Of a stretch of DNA of 64,000 nucleotides, positions 39,208 through 49,088 are shown one piece after another. Origin of the DNA: Promethearchaeia archaeon. GTDB taxonomy: Archaea > Asgardarchaeota > Lokiarchaeia > Sigyniarchaeales > SOKP01. Position 1 is the stretch's first letter; every line of letters starts with the position of its first letter. The position numbers were made by a program, and so were the translations under genes. The notes under the pieces are model-generated. The model ran no database searches. It saw only the letters and a program-made list of their open reading frames with translations, and was not told the origin of the DNA. The stretch covers positions 96,001 through 160,000 of the forward strand of contig JAHQWH010000015.1 of NCBI GenBank assembly GCA_029856105.1. The letters run 5' to 3'.

Positions 39208-39621
39208 ATGATCGAAGAATTAAAATCTAAACTTAAAGAATTAGAACTTAAAAAGAGCGAACTTCAACCAAAAATCGACGAGATAGAAGCAAAAAGGGCT
39301 GAAGAGCTTCAAGAAGTTAACAAAAAATTCGACCACATGGTTTCAGATGTCAATATAGAAGTTCAAGACTTTAAAAATAAAATTATGAACGAAATAATCG
39401 ATTTATTTTCAAAGGTTGTGATGGACGAGTTTGACGCGAAAAGAAGTACAAGTGATTACATGGTTACAGATAAGTTGAAAGATTTTCGAGAAAGCGTTTT
39501 AGAACTCGAGCTGTTTCCTAAGGAACTAATGGAGAGATTGGACAAAGTGATTGATGGAGATCCAATTGAAAATGTTGCGTATGACCTTGAAAAAATCGAA
39601 GCTAAATATAAAAATAATTAA
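39208..39621 (+). CDS. Hypothetical coiled-coil protein
   Basis: Charged heptad N-terminus, normal codon usage. Confidence 0.7.
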   Translation: MIEELKSKLKELELKKSELQPKIDEIEAKRAEELQEVNKKFDHMVSDVNIEVQDFKNKIMNEIIDLFSKVVMDEFDAKRSTSDYMVTDKLKDFRESVLELELFPKELMERLDKVIDGDPIENVAYDLEKIEAKYKNN

Positions 39622-39762
39622 ATAACTGAAATTAAAATTCCAACTTGCGATGAGTTAGCAGATCAAGCTGAGGAATAATATCTATATAATAGATCATTAA
39701 ATATGATAATAAATCTGTATCTGCAGATAGCATTATTAAAACAAATATTTAGGTTCTATTAG

Positions 39763-39906
39763 ATGGAAATATTTGAAGAGGAACTAGAGCTTTATAACGC
39801 AAAAATGAGATTACTAAGCTGGTTATACGACGAGATAAAAATCCAATCAGAGATATCTAAAGATTTACTTAATGGGGAAGGTCAAAAACTCCCTCTAAAT
39901 CTTTAA
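39763..39906 (+). CDS. Possible 47-aa small protein
   Basis: MEIFEEELELYNAKMRLLSWLYDEIKIQSEISKDLLNGEGQKLPLNL*; protein-like composition only. Confidence 0.35.
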   Translation: MEIFEEELELYNAKMRLLSWLYDEIKIQSEISKDLLNGEGQKLPLNL

Positions 39907-39967
39907 TTTTAAAGCTATTTTTAGTATGGATAAAATATAAAAAATAAAAGATAATAAAAAAGCAAAT

Positions 39968-40387
39968 TTATTCGCTACTTTGGTTCTTTAATTGTTCGAT
40001 TTCTAGCTTTTCAACCTTTTTTCTCAATGTTTTTATCTCTGCTTCAAACGCTTTTATTTTGCTCTTTTTGGTTTTGAGAATATCGTCTAGCTTCTTATTT
40101 AACGCTTTTGCTTTTCCTTTAACCAAATTTTCGAGTTTTTTCTTCAATGACGCTACTTCAACGGTTAATTTATTCATTTTCTTTGTCCATTCTTTGGATT
40201 TTTCCGTAGCTTCTTTTAAATCTACCTCTCCTACCTCGAGCTTTGATTTGGTATCGTTTATTTTATCGTCAAAATCGGCTTCAATTTCTTTTTCTGCAGA
40301 GGCTTCCTTTTTTGAAGCTTCTTCTTCGACGCGAGTAATCTCATCTTCTTTATCCGCTATTTGGCTCCTTAATTCTTGTTCTGACAT
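39968..40387 (-). CDS. Hypothetical coiled-coil protein
   Basis: Almost entirely K/E heptad helix. Confidence 0.7.
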   Translation of the reverse strand: MSEQELRSQIADKEDEITRVEEEASKKEASAEKEIEADFDDKINDTKSKLEVGEVDLKEATEKSKEWTKKMNKLTVEVASLKKKLENLVKGKAKALNKKLDDILKTKKSKIKAFEAEIKTLRKKVEKLEIEQLKNQSSE

Positions 40388-40546
40388 ATTAACATTTCCT
40401 AATTTTATTTTGTTTATTCAATATATTTTGATATATTTGCTAACTTAAAAATTATTAATATTGATTTACAGATCGTTCTCACAGTAAAAAATAAAAAGAA
40501 ATAGAAGGATTTTTAAAAGTTTGTTGCTTTAAAATCCAGAATAAAA

Positions 40547-41581
40547 CTATTCTATCGATTCTCCAAGAGCTAATCTGCATAAATCACTTAGAATATAATT
40601 TTCTAATCCCTTCCGTGCTGCTTTAGCACCCATAGATTCCATACACAAAGAACAATTATAAACACACCCTGTAGCTCCATGTTCTAACATGTCGTTTATA
40701 TTATCGTTTTGAGCTTGCCGCACTATTGATTTTTTACCAAGTGTTGCGAAAATACCAGCACAGCACATAGCATTCTCTCGATCGTACTTTCTTGCGACCC
40801 TTTCAACACCTATCAGCTCACAGATTTTATCTACCCACTTATCCGAGTCTGGAATAAATCTATTTGAACAGGATCTTTGATAAGCAATTTTCATGTTAAG
40901 TTTTTTAACATCAGATTCGTGCTCTTTTAAATAATTATAGAGATATTCGTAAACGTGAATAGGCTTAAAACCAGGTGGAAGTTCTATATTATTCCGAGGA
41001 CAATAAGAAGCGTAGAATCCGTAGCATTCATCGTGATAGCAAATCATTTCTTTAATACCTTGAAGTTTAATGTTTTCTAATATTATTGGAGCTCTCTCCT
41101 TAATTATAGAGTCTCTTGCGTAATGATGATACATTAAATTACAAAAAAAATCAAGACCGCTAACATATTGTAAATTTTCAAACAATTGCCCTTCCATATT
41201 TTTTGCGTTTATTTTAGCTAATCCACATTTATTTAACACGGGTTTATCCGGATTAATTTCTTTTAATCTCACTTGATCGTGTGGAGCAAATCTATTTATC
41301 GTATTTTCTAGTATACTTGGATTAATATTTAACGAATTATACTTCTCCTGTAATTCTGTTATTAAATCGAAAGGATGAACCCCGTAAGGGCAATATTCGT
41401 CGCAAGCAAAGCAAGTTACACACTCTGTTAATACGCGAGATTCCTCTCCTTTAATCATCTTAGTTTTTTCTGCTCGTGCTTCTTCAACATCTTCAAATTC
41501 AATCCATTGACAGCGAGTTAAACAATCAACTTTCTCACAATCGGCACAATGTGAACTATCAAACATTTCTTTTACACTCAT
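40547..41581 (-). CDS. Fe-S / CCG-domain oxidoreductase subunit (tandem paralog 1)
   Basis: CADC...CLTRC, CVTCFACDEYCP, YQRSCSNR, MCCAG, CSLC. Confidence 0.82.
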   Translation of the reverse strand: MSVKEMFDSSHCADCEKVDCLTRCQWIEFEDVEEARAEKTKMIKGEESRVLTECVTCFACDEYCPYGVHPFDLITELQEKYNSLNINPSILENTINRFAPHDQVRLKEINPDKPVLNKCGLAKINAKNMEGQLFENLQYVSGLDFFCNLMYHHYARDSIIKERAPIILENIKLQGIKEMICYHDECYGFYASYCPRNNIELPPGFKPIHVYEYLYNYLKEHESDVKKLNMKIAYQRSCSNRFIPDSDKWVDKICELIGVERVARKYDRENAMCCAGIFATLGKKSIVRQAQNDNINDMLEHGATGCVYNCSLCMESMGAKAARKGLENYILSDLCRLALGESIE

Positions 41582-41659
41582 TTACGATATGAATTTTATA
41601 TGAATTAATAATATAAAAAGATTTTAAAGAAAAAAATTTTTTAGCAATTCCGTATAAAC

Positions 41660-42679
41660 CTATTCTAACGATTCCCCAAGTGCCAGCCGGCATAAATCAC
41701 TAAGGATATAATTTGTTAATCCTTTCCGTCCCACTTTAGAGCCTAGGCTTTCCATACACATAGGACAAGTATAAACACAAGCTTCAGCACCATGTTCTAA
41801 CATGTCGTTTACATTATCGTTTTGAGCTTTGCGCATTAAAGTTTTTTTACCGAGACTTGCGAACAAACCAGCACAACACATAGCATTTTCTCGATCGTAC
41901 TTTCTCTCAACTCTTTCAACATCTATTAACTTACAGATTTTGTCTACATATTCATCAATTTCAGGAATAAACCTATTTGAGCAAGACCTTTGATAAGCAA
42001 TTTTCATATTTAGCTTTTTAATATCAGACTCGTGTTCTTTTAAATAGTTATAGAGATATTCGTAGATATGAATCGGTTTAAAATCTGGTGGAAGTTCTAT
42101 GTTGTTTCGAGGGCAATAAGAAGCGTAGAAACCGTAGCATTCGTCGTGATAGCAAATCATTTCTTTAATACCTTGCTTTTTTATATTTTCAATAATTATT
42201 GGTGCTCTTTCTTTAATTATAGAATCCCTTGCATAATGATGATACATTAAATTGCAAAAAAAATCAAGACCACTTACATATTGTAGATTTTCAAACAATT
42301 GTCCCTGCATACGTTTAATATCTGTTTTTCCAAATGCACATTTATTTAGTACGGGCTTATTTGGATCGATTTCCTTTAATCTTAATTCCGTATGAGGTGC
42401 GTATCTTTTTATTGTATTTTCAAGTATGCTAGCGTTTATACTTAAAGAATTATACTTCTCCTGTAATTCTGTTATTAAATCGAAAGGATGAGCCCCGTAA
42501 GGGCAATATTCGTCGCAAGCAAAGCAAGTTACACACTCTGTTAATACTCGAGATTCCTCTCTATTAATCATCTTACTTTTTTCTGCTCGTGCTTCCTCGA
42601 TATCTTTGAATTCAATCCATTGACAGCGAGTTAAACAATCAACTTTCTCACAATCTGCACAATGTGAACTATCAAACAT
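41660..42679 (-). CDS. Fe-S / CCG-domain oxidoreductase subunit (tandem paralog 2)
   Basis: Highly similar to 40547-41581; ancestral start codon out of frame by a 2-nt deletion. Confidence 0.8.
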   Translation of the reverse strand: MFDSSHCADCEKVDCLTRCQWIEFKDIEEARAEKSKMINREESRVLTECVTCFACDEYCPYGAHPFDLITELQEKYNSLSINASILENTIKRYAPHTELRLKEIDPNKPVLNKCAFGKTDIKRMQGQLFENLQYVSGLDFFCNLMYHHYARDSIIKERAPIIIENIKKQGIKEMICYHDECYGFYASYCPRNNIELPPDFKPIHIYEYLYNYLKEHESDIKKLNMKIAYQRSCSNRFIPEIDEYVDKICKLIDVERVERKYDRENAMCCAGLFASLGKKTLMRKAQNDNVNDMLEHGAEACVYTCPMCMESLGSKVGRKGLTNYILSDLCRLALGESLE

Positions 42680-42779
42680 TTTTTACACTCATTTAATATA
42701 TGAATTTTTTATAAATTAATATTTAAAATGAAATTTAAGTAATATAAATAAGTTTTCTTAAAATTTGTTATGTTAAATT

Positions 42780-43295
42780 TTAAATTTTAAGAGTAAATTC
42801 CCACGCGCAATAGTAATTATCCGGGTGACTATCGGGAGGACAGCATATACATTTTGTTTCAATTCTAGGGTCAATAGTTTTTGCAAAATCGCCGTATTCA
42901 ATAACGCCTACTGGTTTGCAAGGAAAATCGGGAAGTCCTCTACTATTTCTGGCGAATTGAACTCGGCAATTGTTCATACGGAACACGCAACGATTTTCAG
43001 AAACTTCTACAATTTCTTGTACGTTAATGTTTGCATACACTCTGAACTTCAAGGCTTTAACTAACGCGGGAATACCTCCATTTTTGGGAATATTAAAACT
43101 TTTCATGATGCGTTTTGCTTCTATTACAGTAAATCTTTTCCATTGTTCCACATCAAGCTCTATGGCCCTTTCCAGTCCATACTCTCTCTCCGCAACCTGA
43201 AACCAAGTTCCATCGATTGCTAACCAGTTTTTGCTTAAATCTTCAATATAATTAATTAATTCTTCTTTAGTAAGTTTTTCTAAATCTTCTCTCAT
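42780..43295 (-). CDS. DUF6125-like protein (V4R/ATC-hydrolase-like Cys motif)
   Basis: WLAIDGTWF, CRVQ..R, PC, CICCPPD, YCAWEF. Confidence 0.7.
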   Translation of the reverse strand: MREDLEKLTKEELINYIEDLSKNWLAIDGTWFQVAEREYGLERAIELDVEQWKRFTVIEAKRIMKSFNIPKNGGIPALVKALKFRVYANINVQEIVEVSENRCVFRMNNCRVQFARNSRGLPDFPCKPVGVIEYGDFAKTIDPRIETKCICCPPDSHPDNYYCAWEFTLKI

Positions 43296-43329
43296 TTTCT
43301 AATCATACCAATTTAAGTTTGTTTTTGTA

Positions 43330-45150
43330 TTACTTTTCTAACTCCCTATCTTCTCTACGGGATTGTTTAAATATTTCTCGAGATTCTTCAATGGTTTGGG
43401 CTCGATTTCTTAAAGAATTAATATCCTCTATAGGAAAATCTTCCTTTTTATTCCATACTCTGCGCAATAAATGTGCTGCCATTTTAGGCCTTCTATCTCG
43501 AGTAAAAACGCCTTTATAATTTATCGAACCCATTCGAGTTATTCCTTGAGAAGTTTTAAAGTCGCACATATTCCATACATGCTCACCTATCACGTAAGGT
43601 TTACTCCGACAGACTTTAATATATTTTTTTATGAATTCAGTTTGGTATTCTTCGCTAAACATTTCAGGCGGTTGAGAATGCCATCCAGGAATTGTGTCTG
43701 CTCCAAATTCACTAAGTATAATTGGTTTACGATGCTTTTCGTATAGTTTGTCCATTTCTTTTGAAAGGATTTCGCAAGCCTCATTTATATTTCCTGGTTG
43801 CGTATACCATCCATAATATCGATTGATACATAATACATCGCAAAACTCAAAAGCTTTTTCTTTTACACCCATCATATTTACTACAGTTACGGGTCGAGTA
43901 CTATCTAATTCTTTTGTTCTGTCGTATAAAGTTCTGAAAAATTCCCCAGATTTCAAGCTGTTGTGCGGTTCGTTTGCCAAGCTCCACATTATAACGCTTG
44001 GATGGTTTTTATCTCTCTTTATCAATTCTTCAATGTATTGATTGCATAATACTTGTTGTTTATCAATTACATCTTTTTTAAACGTAAGACCTACGGCAGG
44101 AATTTCGTTAATGACCAAAAAACCAAGACGATCTGCTAAATCCATCATTTGTTCTGAATACGGATAATGCGAAGTTCGAAAAGAGTTAGCTCCGATCCAA
44201 TTCATCAATGAATAGTCTTTGATTATTACTGCTGGAACATAACCACTCCCCGTAATTGGAAAATCCTCATGGCGCCCAAATCCTGTTAGATAAATTGGTT
44301 TATCATTTAATAGCAACTTATCTCCTTTCACTTCTATAGTCCGAATCCCTACTTTAAGCGAATAAGAATCGATTATAGAATCCTCTTTTACGATGTCAAC
44401 TGTTAGATCGTATAAATTAGGCGTTTCTGTATTCCAAAACTTTGCTTTTTTTACTTCAAAAGTTGTATTTTGAATATTTTGCTCAATTTTCGAGGTACTA
44501 GTTAATTCTGATCCAAATCCTTTTAGAGAAAGATTCGCGTAGGCATCATTTAAGTTGACAGTTTCTATTGTAACATCTAATAATCCAATAGTATCTTTTA
44601 TAGATGTTCTGACAGAGATATCTTTTAATCCTTCTTTAGGAATAGCATATAGTAATACTGGTCTATGAATTCCGCAGAATGGATAAAAATCAAAGTTAGT
44701 TTGAGGATAGTTCATTGGACGGCCACTGGGTGGTACGTGATTATCTGACAATCTCCCATCTACTCTAACTACAAGAAGATTGTCTTCCGGTTCGATCTTG
44801 TTAGATATATCGTATTCAAAGGGTAGATGTCCCCCTTCGTGATGACCTATCACCTCTCCATTTAACCACACATCAGATAGATAATTAACCGAACCAAATC
44901 TAATTATGATTTTTTTATTATCCCAATCCCAAGGTTTCATAAAACTACATTGATACCACGCAGGTCCTAAATTATCGCGATTCTCCGCAAATTGATCGTT
45001 CCAGCTCGCAGGTACGGCTATTGGGCGGCTATTATTAAAACCATTCTTCCAATTCTCATCCAAACCTTTATTGTTTGTATCAAAACGAAATTCCCAAAAA
45101 CCAGATAATTCGATAAACTGACGAAATAAATTTCTTTGTGGATAGAGCAA
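43330..45150 (-). CDS. uidA: Beta-glucuronidase (GH2)
   Basis: VPASWN, GFGRHED, FRTSHYPY, WSLANE, NRYYGWY, SEFGAD, NYKGVFTRDRRPK (NxK motif). Confidence 0.92.
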   Translation of the reverse strand: MLYPQRNLFRQFIELSGFWEFRFDTNNKGLDENWKNGFNNSRPIAVPASWNDQFAENRDNLGPAWYQCSFMKPWDWDNKKIIIRFGSVNYLSDVWLNGEVIGHHEGGHLPFEYDISNKIEPEDNLLVVRVDGRLSDNHVPPSGRPMNYPQTNFDFYPFCGIHRPVLLYAIPKEGLKDISVRTSIKDTIGLLDVTIETVNLNDAYANLSLKGFGSELTSTSKIEQNIQNTTFEVKKAKFWNTETPNLYDLTVDIVKEDSIIDSYSLKVGIRTIEVKGDKLLLNDKPIYLTGFGRHEDFPITGSGYVPAVIIKDYSLMNWIGANSFRTSHYPYSEQMMDLADRLGFLVINEIPAVGLTFKKDVIDKQQVLCNQYIEELIKRDKNHPSVIMWSLANEPHNSLKSGEFFRTLYDRTKELDSTRPVTVVNMMGVKEKAFEFCDVLCINRYYGWYTQPGNINEACEILSKEMDKLYEKHRKPIILSEFGADTIPGWHSQPPEMFSEEYQTEFIKKYIKVCRSKPYVIGEHVWNMCDFKTSQGITRMGSINYKGVFTRDRRPKMAAHLLRRVWNKKEDFPIEDINSLRNRAQTIEESREIFKQSRREDRELEK

Positions 45151-45332
45151 TATAATTCCTCTGATGAGACTTAATCTTTGTATTTTTATTGCAAAAAATT
45201 ATTAATATTATTTAAAATATATCATATTGACTATTTCTTTAATACCTATGTTTTAACCTATTAAAACGTAATAGATGTGAAAAAATTATGTTTAAAAATG
45301 CTGCTGATTTTTTAAATCTAAAGGTAATTTAA

Positions 45333-46364
45333 ATGATTGAAACAGATATAACAAAAATGTTTGGCATTAAATATCCGATATTTAGTGCCCCAATGGGTCC
45401 ATTCTTTACGAGAGACTTGGCTCTTGCAGTTAGTGAGGCCGGAGGTTTGGGTGTTTTATCAAATGTAAATATTATTGGAACAGATCCTGTAGAGGAACAT
45501 AAAAAAAGCATAGAATACATGATAGAACATACAGATAAACCATTTGGTATTAACTTCCTTACTTCTCGAAATAATCCAGGCGTTAAATCAATGATAAGAA
45601 CCATTCCAAAAATTGTCATGAACAATGTGAGAATGCGAGATCAATGTAAGTATTGGTTAACTTCTGCAGGCTCTTCAAAACTATTACCTGCATCTAAATA
45701 TTTTCAAGAATTAAGAGCAAATTCGGAAGTTAAACATTTTCACGTAGCACCAGCAGTTTGGCTAGCGCAAAAATGCATAGATGCTAATGTGGACGGTATT
45801 GTCGTTACTGGTACCGAGGGGGGAGGACATCAATCATATGAAAGAGTGTCAACCCTTGTTTTATTACAGCAGATAAACAAGCACTTCCCTGATTTACCTA
45901 AAATAGCTTGTGGAGGATTTGCTACAGGAGAGTCTTTAGTAGCAGCTCTTTCGTTAGGAGCAGGAGCAGTAGCCATGGGATCGCGCTTTATAGCATCAAA
46001 AGAAAGCGAATTTCATGATGATTATAAAGCATTGATTCCACCAGGGATCCCACAAGATACAGGACTATACACCGGGGCATTTGGCCCTATCCGCTTGTAT
46101 AAAAATAAATATGCCCTATCACATCCCGCACCTAGCAGTAAAGAAGAAATGATAGCTTATGAGGAATCAATAACTCCCGAACAGCGAGCGAAAGATTTAG
46201 GAGCCTACGATAGGGTTTATTCAGGAGATATGGAAACAGGCGCTATACTGCTCGGTCAATCAATAGGAATTATAGATCGTATAGATGGAGTAAATGAAAT
46301 CATTGAGAGAATAATGAAGGATGCAGAAAATACGATAAGGAAAAACACGTCCATGCTAAATTAA
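45333..46364 (+). CDS. Nitronate monooxygenase / FabK-like FMN oxidoreductase
   Basis: IKYPIFSAPMG, AVSEAGGLG, GTEGGGH, IACGG, GAVAMGSRF. Confidence 0.88.
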   Translation: MIETDITKMFGIKYPIFSAPMGPFFTRDLALAVSEAGGLGVLSNVNIIGTDPVEEHKKSIEYMIEHTDKPFGINFLTSRNNPGVKSMIRTIPKIVMNNVRMRDQCKYWLTSAGSSKLLPASKYFQELRANSEVKHFHVAPAVWLAQKCIDANVDGIVVTGTEGGGHQSYERVSTLVLLQQINKHFPDLPKIACGGFATGESLVAALSLGAGAVAMGSRFIASKESEFHDDYKALIPPGIPQDTGLYTGAFGPIRLYKNKYALSHPAPSSKEEMIAYEESITPEQRAKDLGAYDRVYSGDMETGAILLGQSIGIIDRIDGVNEIIERIMKDAENTIRKNTSMLN

Positions 46365-46423
46365 TCCCATTTTCTTTTTTCTATCAACTTTCATTAATAC
46401 TTTTTAATATCTTTATTTTTGTT

Positions 46424-47713
46424 TTATAGAAGTGTCTGAGCAAACATGTTAATTTTATCTTTAATGATTTTTTCAGACGTCATTCGCTTATCACCGACAT
46501 CTAAATCTATTATAAGCATAGGAATGCCCACTTCGTCCCTTAATGCCTCCCTTAATATCTGCGGAACGCTTCCAAATTGTTTACAACCTAAGTGTGAAGT
46601 AAAAATGAAACAATCTGTGGTAAATTCTTTGGCTAATCTCACGCAATCGTCAATAAAGGGATAAAAGAATTCTGTAGATTGCTTAATCATTGGAAGACTC
46701 ATCCCTTTTTTAGCCATTCCGTAAAATAATGTATCCAAATCAGATTTTGTATTGATGGGATCATAAAAGTTGTAATTAAAAATATCGAATAAAATGCTCA
46801 TCCCCAATTCTCGATCTAAATATTCACATAACCCCAAATCGAAAAAAATGATCATGTACGGCCATATACTTCGTATTTTTTCTTCAGCACCATGATGCTC
46901 TTTATTTTTGTAGCGGATCTTAGCAATTTCAAGCATATCGCGATAAAAATCTAATTTTTCTTCGCGCCCTGACATAAAAGTTGCGGCAGCTGCGGACAAT
47001 GCGTTATACATGTTTTCTAAGGGACAGGGAGTCGCTTTTTTTAATTCAAATATTTCAAGTTGGGTTTTGTTCGTTTCATTTTCTAGTTCAATATGTTTTC
47101 TCATTTTTTGATAGTCGGGTACTTGACCAATTACTTTACCTAATTCATCTAAACTTAGCCTTAGTTGTTCTCCATAATAAGTATAGCTTTTTTCTTCCCA
47201 AAGAAACGGTAAATCGGGTGTTATTAAGGGAATATTTTTATGATACCTAAAAAAGGGATAAGACGCGTAAGTGTTGTCGCACGGCGCGGTTGGTGTGATA
47301 ATTGCGTCAAACTTGAATAAATCGTCAAGAGTCATCCCCATTGTCCCTTTTTGGGAAGTGCACGTGTGGAATGGATGACCCCAGCTAGTTATTAAGTCAT
47401 AATAGGGTTCAGAACCATCAGGTAATAATGCTGATATGAAATACGAGACCGCTTCAACACAAACGGGCACGCAATCAAAACAATAAAGATAATCTGAGGG
47501 GAAAGCAAAATGGTATCCAATTATAGGTTTCCCTTCTCCCGCTTTTTTGATGAAATCAGCCATTACTAAGTCGATGTATTTTAATCCTAACCTCAATGCC
47601 GGCATTCCATCTTCGGGAAGTATTTTCTCAACCAACTCGTATGTAGTGGACACGGCTTGTTTTAACATCTTATAGGGAATTATTCTATTTTCTAATTTTG
47701 ATTTATCAACCAT
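46424..47713 (-). CDS. 2-hydroxyacyl-CoA dehydratase family subunit, alpha type
   Basis: HTCTSQKG, TAPCD, GCKQ, GIPMLIIDLDVGDKR. Confidence 0.82.
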   Translation of the reverse strand: MVDKSKLENRIIPYKMLKQAVSTTYELVEKILPEDGMPALRLGLKYIDLVMADFIKKAGEGKPIIGYHFAFPSDYLYCFDCVPVCVEAVSYFISALLPDGSEPYYDLITSWGHPFHTCTSQKGTMGMTLDDLFKFDAIITPTAPCDNTYASYPFFRYHKNIPLITPDLPFLWEEKSYTYYGEQLRLSLDELGKVIGQVPDYQKMRKHIELENETNKTQLEIFELKKATPCPLENMYNALSAAAATFMSGREEKLDFYRDMLEIAKIRYKNKEHHGAEEKIRSIWPYMIIFFDLGLCEYLDRELGMSILFDIFNYNFYDPINTKSDLDTLFYGMAKKGMSLPMIKQSTEFFYPFIDDCVRLAKEFTTDCFIFTSHLGCKQFGSVPQILREALRDEVGIPMLIIDLDVGDKRMTSEKIIKDKINMFAQTLL

Positions 47714-47752
47714 AGATAGTTATACCATTTTTCATTTAATTATAATAATATG

Positions 47753-49042
47753 TTACATGAGCGTTTGAACAAACATAGTTATTTTATCTTTAAAAGCTTT
47801 TAAAGAAGTCATTCGAGCATCTCCTACGTCGAAATCAATTATTAACATAGGGATCCCAACTTCATCTTGAAGAGCTTCTCTTAAAAGTTGTGGGACGGCG
47901 CCAAATTGCTTACACGCAATACTTTGAGTGTAAATAAAACAGTCTGCACTAAAATCTTTAGCCATTCTAATACAATCGTCTAAGAAAGGATAATAGAATT
48001 CCGAAGATTGCTTCACCATCGGCCAACCCATAGCTTTCTTTGCCATTCCATAAAACAATGAATCTGAATCAGATTTTGTATCAATTAAATCTGATAGATT
48101 ATAGTTAAAAATATCTAATAAAATGCTCATACCTAATTCGCGATCTAACCATTCACATAAAGAAATGTCGAAGAATGTGAGCATATAAGGCCAGATGGAT
48201 CTAACTCGTTCTTCACCTCCATAATGCTCCTTGTTTTTATACCTATTTTTTGCGAGTTCCAACATTCTTTGGTAAAAAGAAAGGTTTTCAGATGTTCCTG
48301 AAATAAATATAGTTGTTGCAGCTGAAACTGGATTAAACATGTTCTCGATTGGGCTCGGAACAGCCTTAATTAAATCGAATAATTCCATTTTTAATTTTGT
48401 TACATCGTTCTCTAATTCCAAAGCATTTCTCATTTTTTCAAAATCAGGTTCTTGACCAATTACTTTACCTAATTCCTCTAAACTTAGCTTTAATTGTTCT
48501 CCGTAATACTTGTAGCTTTTATCCTCGTGAAGAAAGGGCATGTCAGCAATGATTAAAGGAAACTTTTTTTCTAGTTTAAAAAAAGGGTAAGACGCGCAAG
48601 TGGAGTCACAGGGCGCTGTTGGAGTGATAATCGCGTCGAATTTAAATAAATCTTCTAAGCTCATTCCCATTACCCCCTTTTGGGCAGAACATGTATGAAA
48701 AGGGTGCCCCCAATTACCAATTAAATCATAGTAGGACTCGACACCACTTAAAAGTAAAGCCCCAAGAAAAAATGAAACCCCTTCAATACAAATTGGGACG
48801 CAATCAAAACATTTTAAGTATTCTGGCTGAAATGCAAAGTGATATCCCACTATTGGCAATCCTTCTCTTGCCTTTTCGATATCTTTACGAACTACAGACA
48901 ATATTTCTTCCAATGCAATTCTTAACGAAGGAAGTCCGCCATCAGGTAATATCTTATCGATTAATTCATGAGTTGTTGACATAGAATTTAATAACATCTG
49001 ATAAGGAATAATCCTGTTTCCCATCTCTGTTTTGTTATGCAT
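47753..49042 (-). CDS. 2-hydroxyacyl-CoA dehydratase family subunit, alpha type (tandem paralog)
   Basis: HTCSAQKG, TAPCD, ACKQ; close paralog of 46424-47713. Confidence 0.82.
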   Translation of the reverse strand: MHNKTEMGNRIIPYQMLLNSMSTTHELIDKILPDGGLPSLRIALEEILSVVRKDIEKAREGLPIVGYHFAFQPEYLKCFDCVPICIEGVSFFLGALLLSGVESYYDLIGNWGHPFHTCSAQKGVMGMSLEDLFKFDAIITPTAPCDSTCASYPFFKLEKKFPLIIADMPFLHEDKSYKYYGEQLKLSLEELGKVIGQEPDFEKMRNALELENDVTKLKMELFDLIKAVPSPIENMFNPVSAATTIFISGTSENLSFYQRMLELAKNRYKNKEHYGGEERVRSIWPYMLTFFDISLCEWLDRELGMSILLDIFNYNLSDLIDTKSDSDSLFYGMAKKAMGWPMVKQSSEFYYPFLDDCIRMAKDFSADCFIYTQSIACKQFGAVPQLLREALQDEVGIPMLIIDFDVGDARMTSLKAFKDKITMFVQTLM

Positions 49043-49088
49043 ATTTTTAATCCAAATTAATTCAGTAAGCTTTTTCCAAATTTTAATA

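Noticed and set aside
45159-45175. CTGATGAG hammerhead-like core (similar CGATGAG near 23011)
   Set aside because: No matching GAAA core or flanking stems
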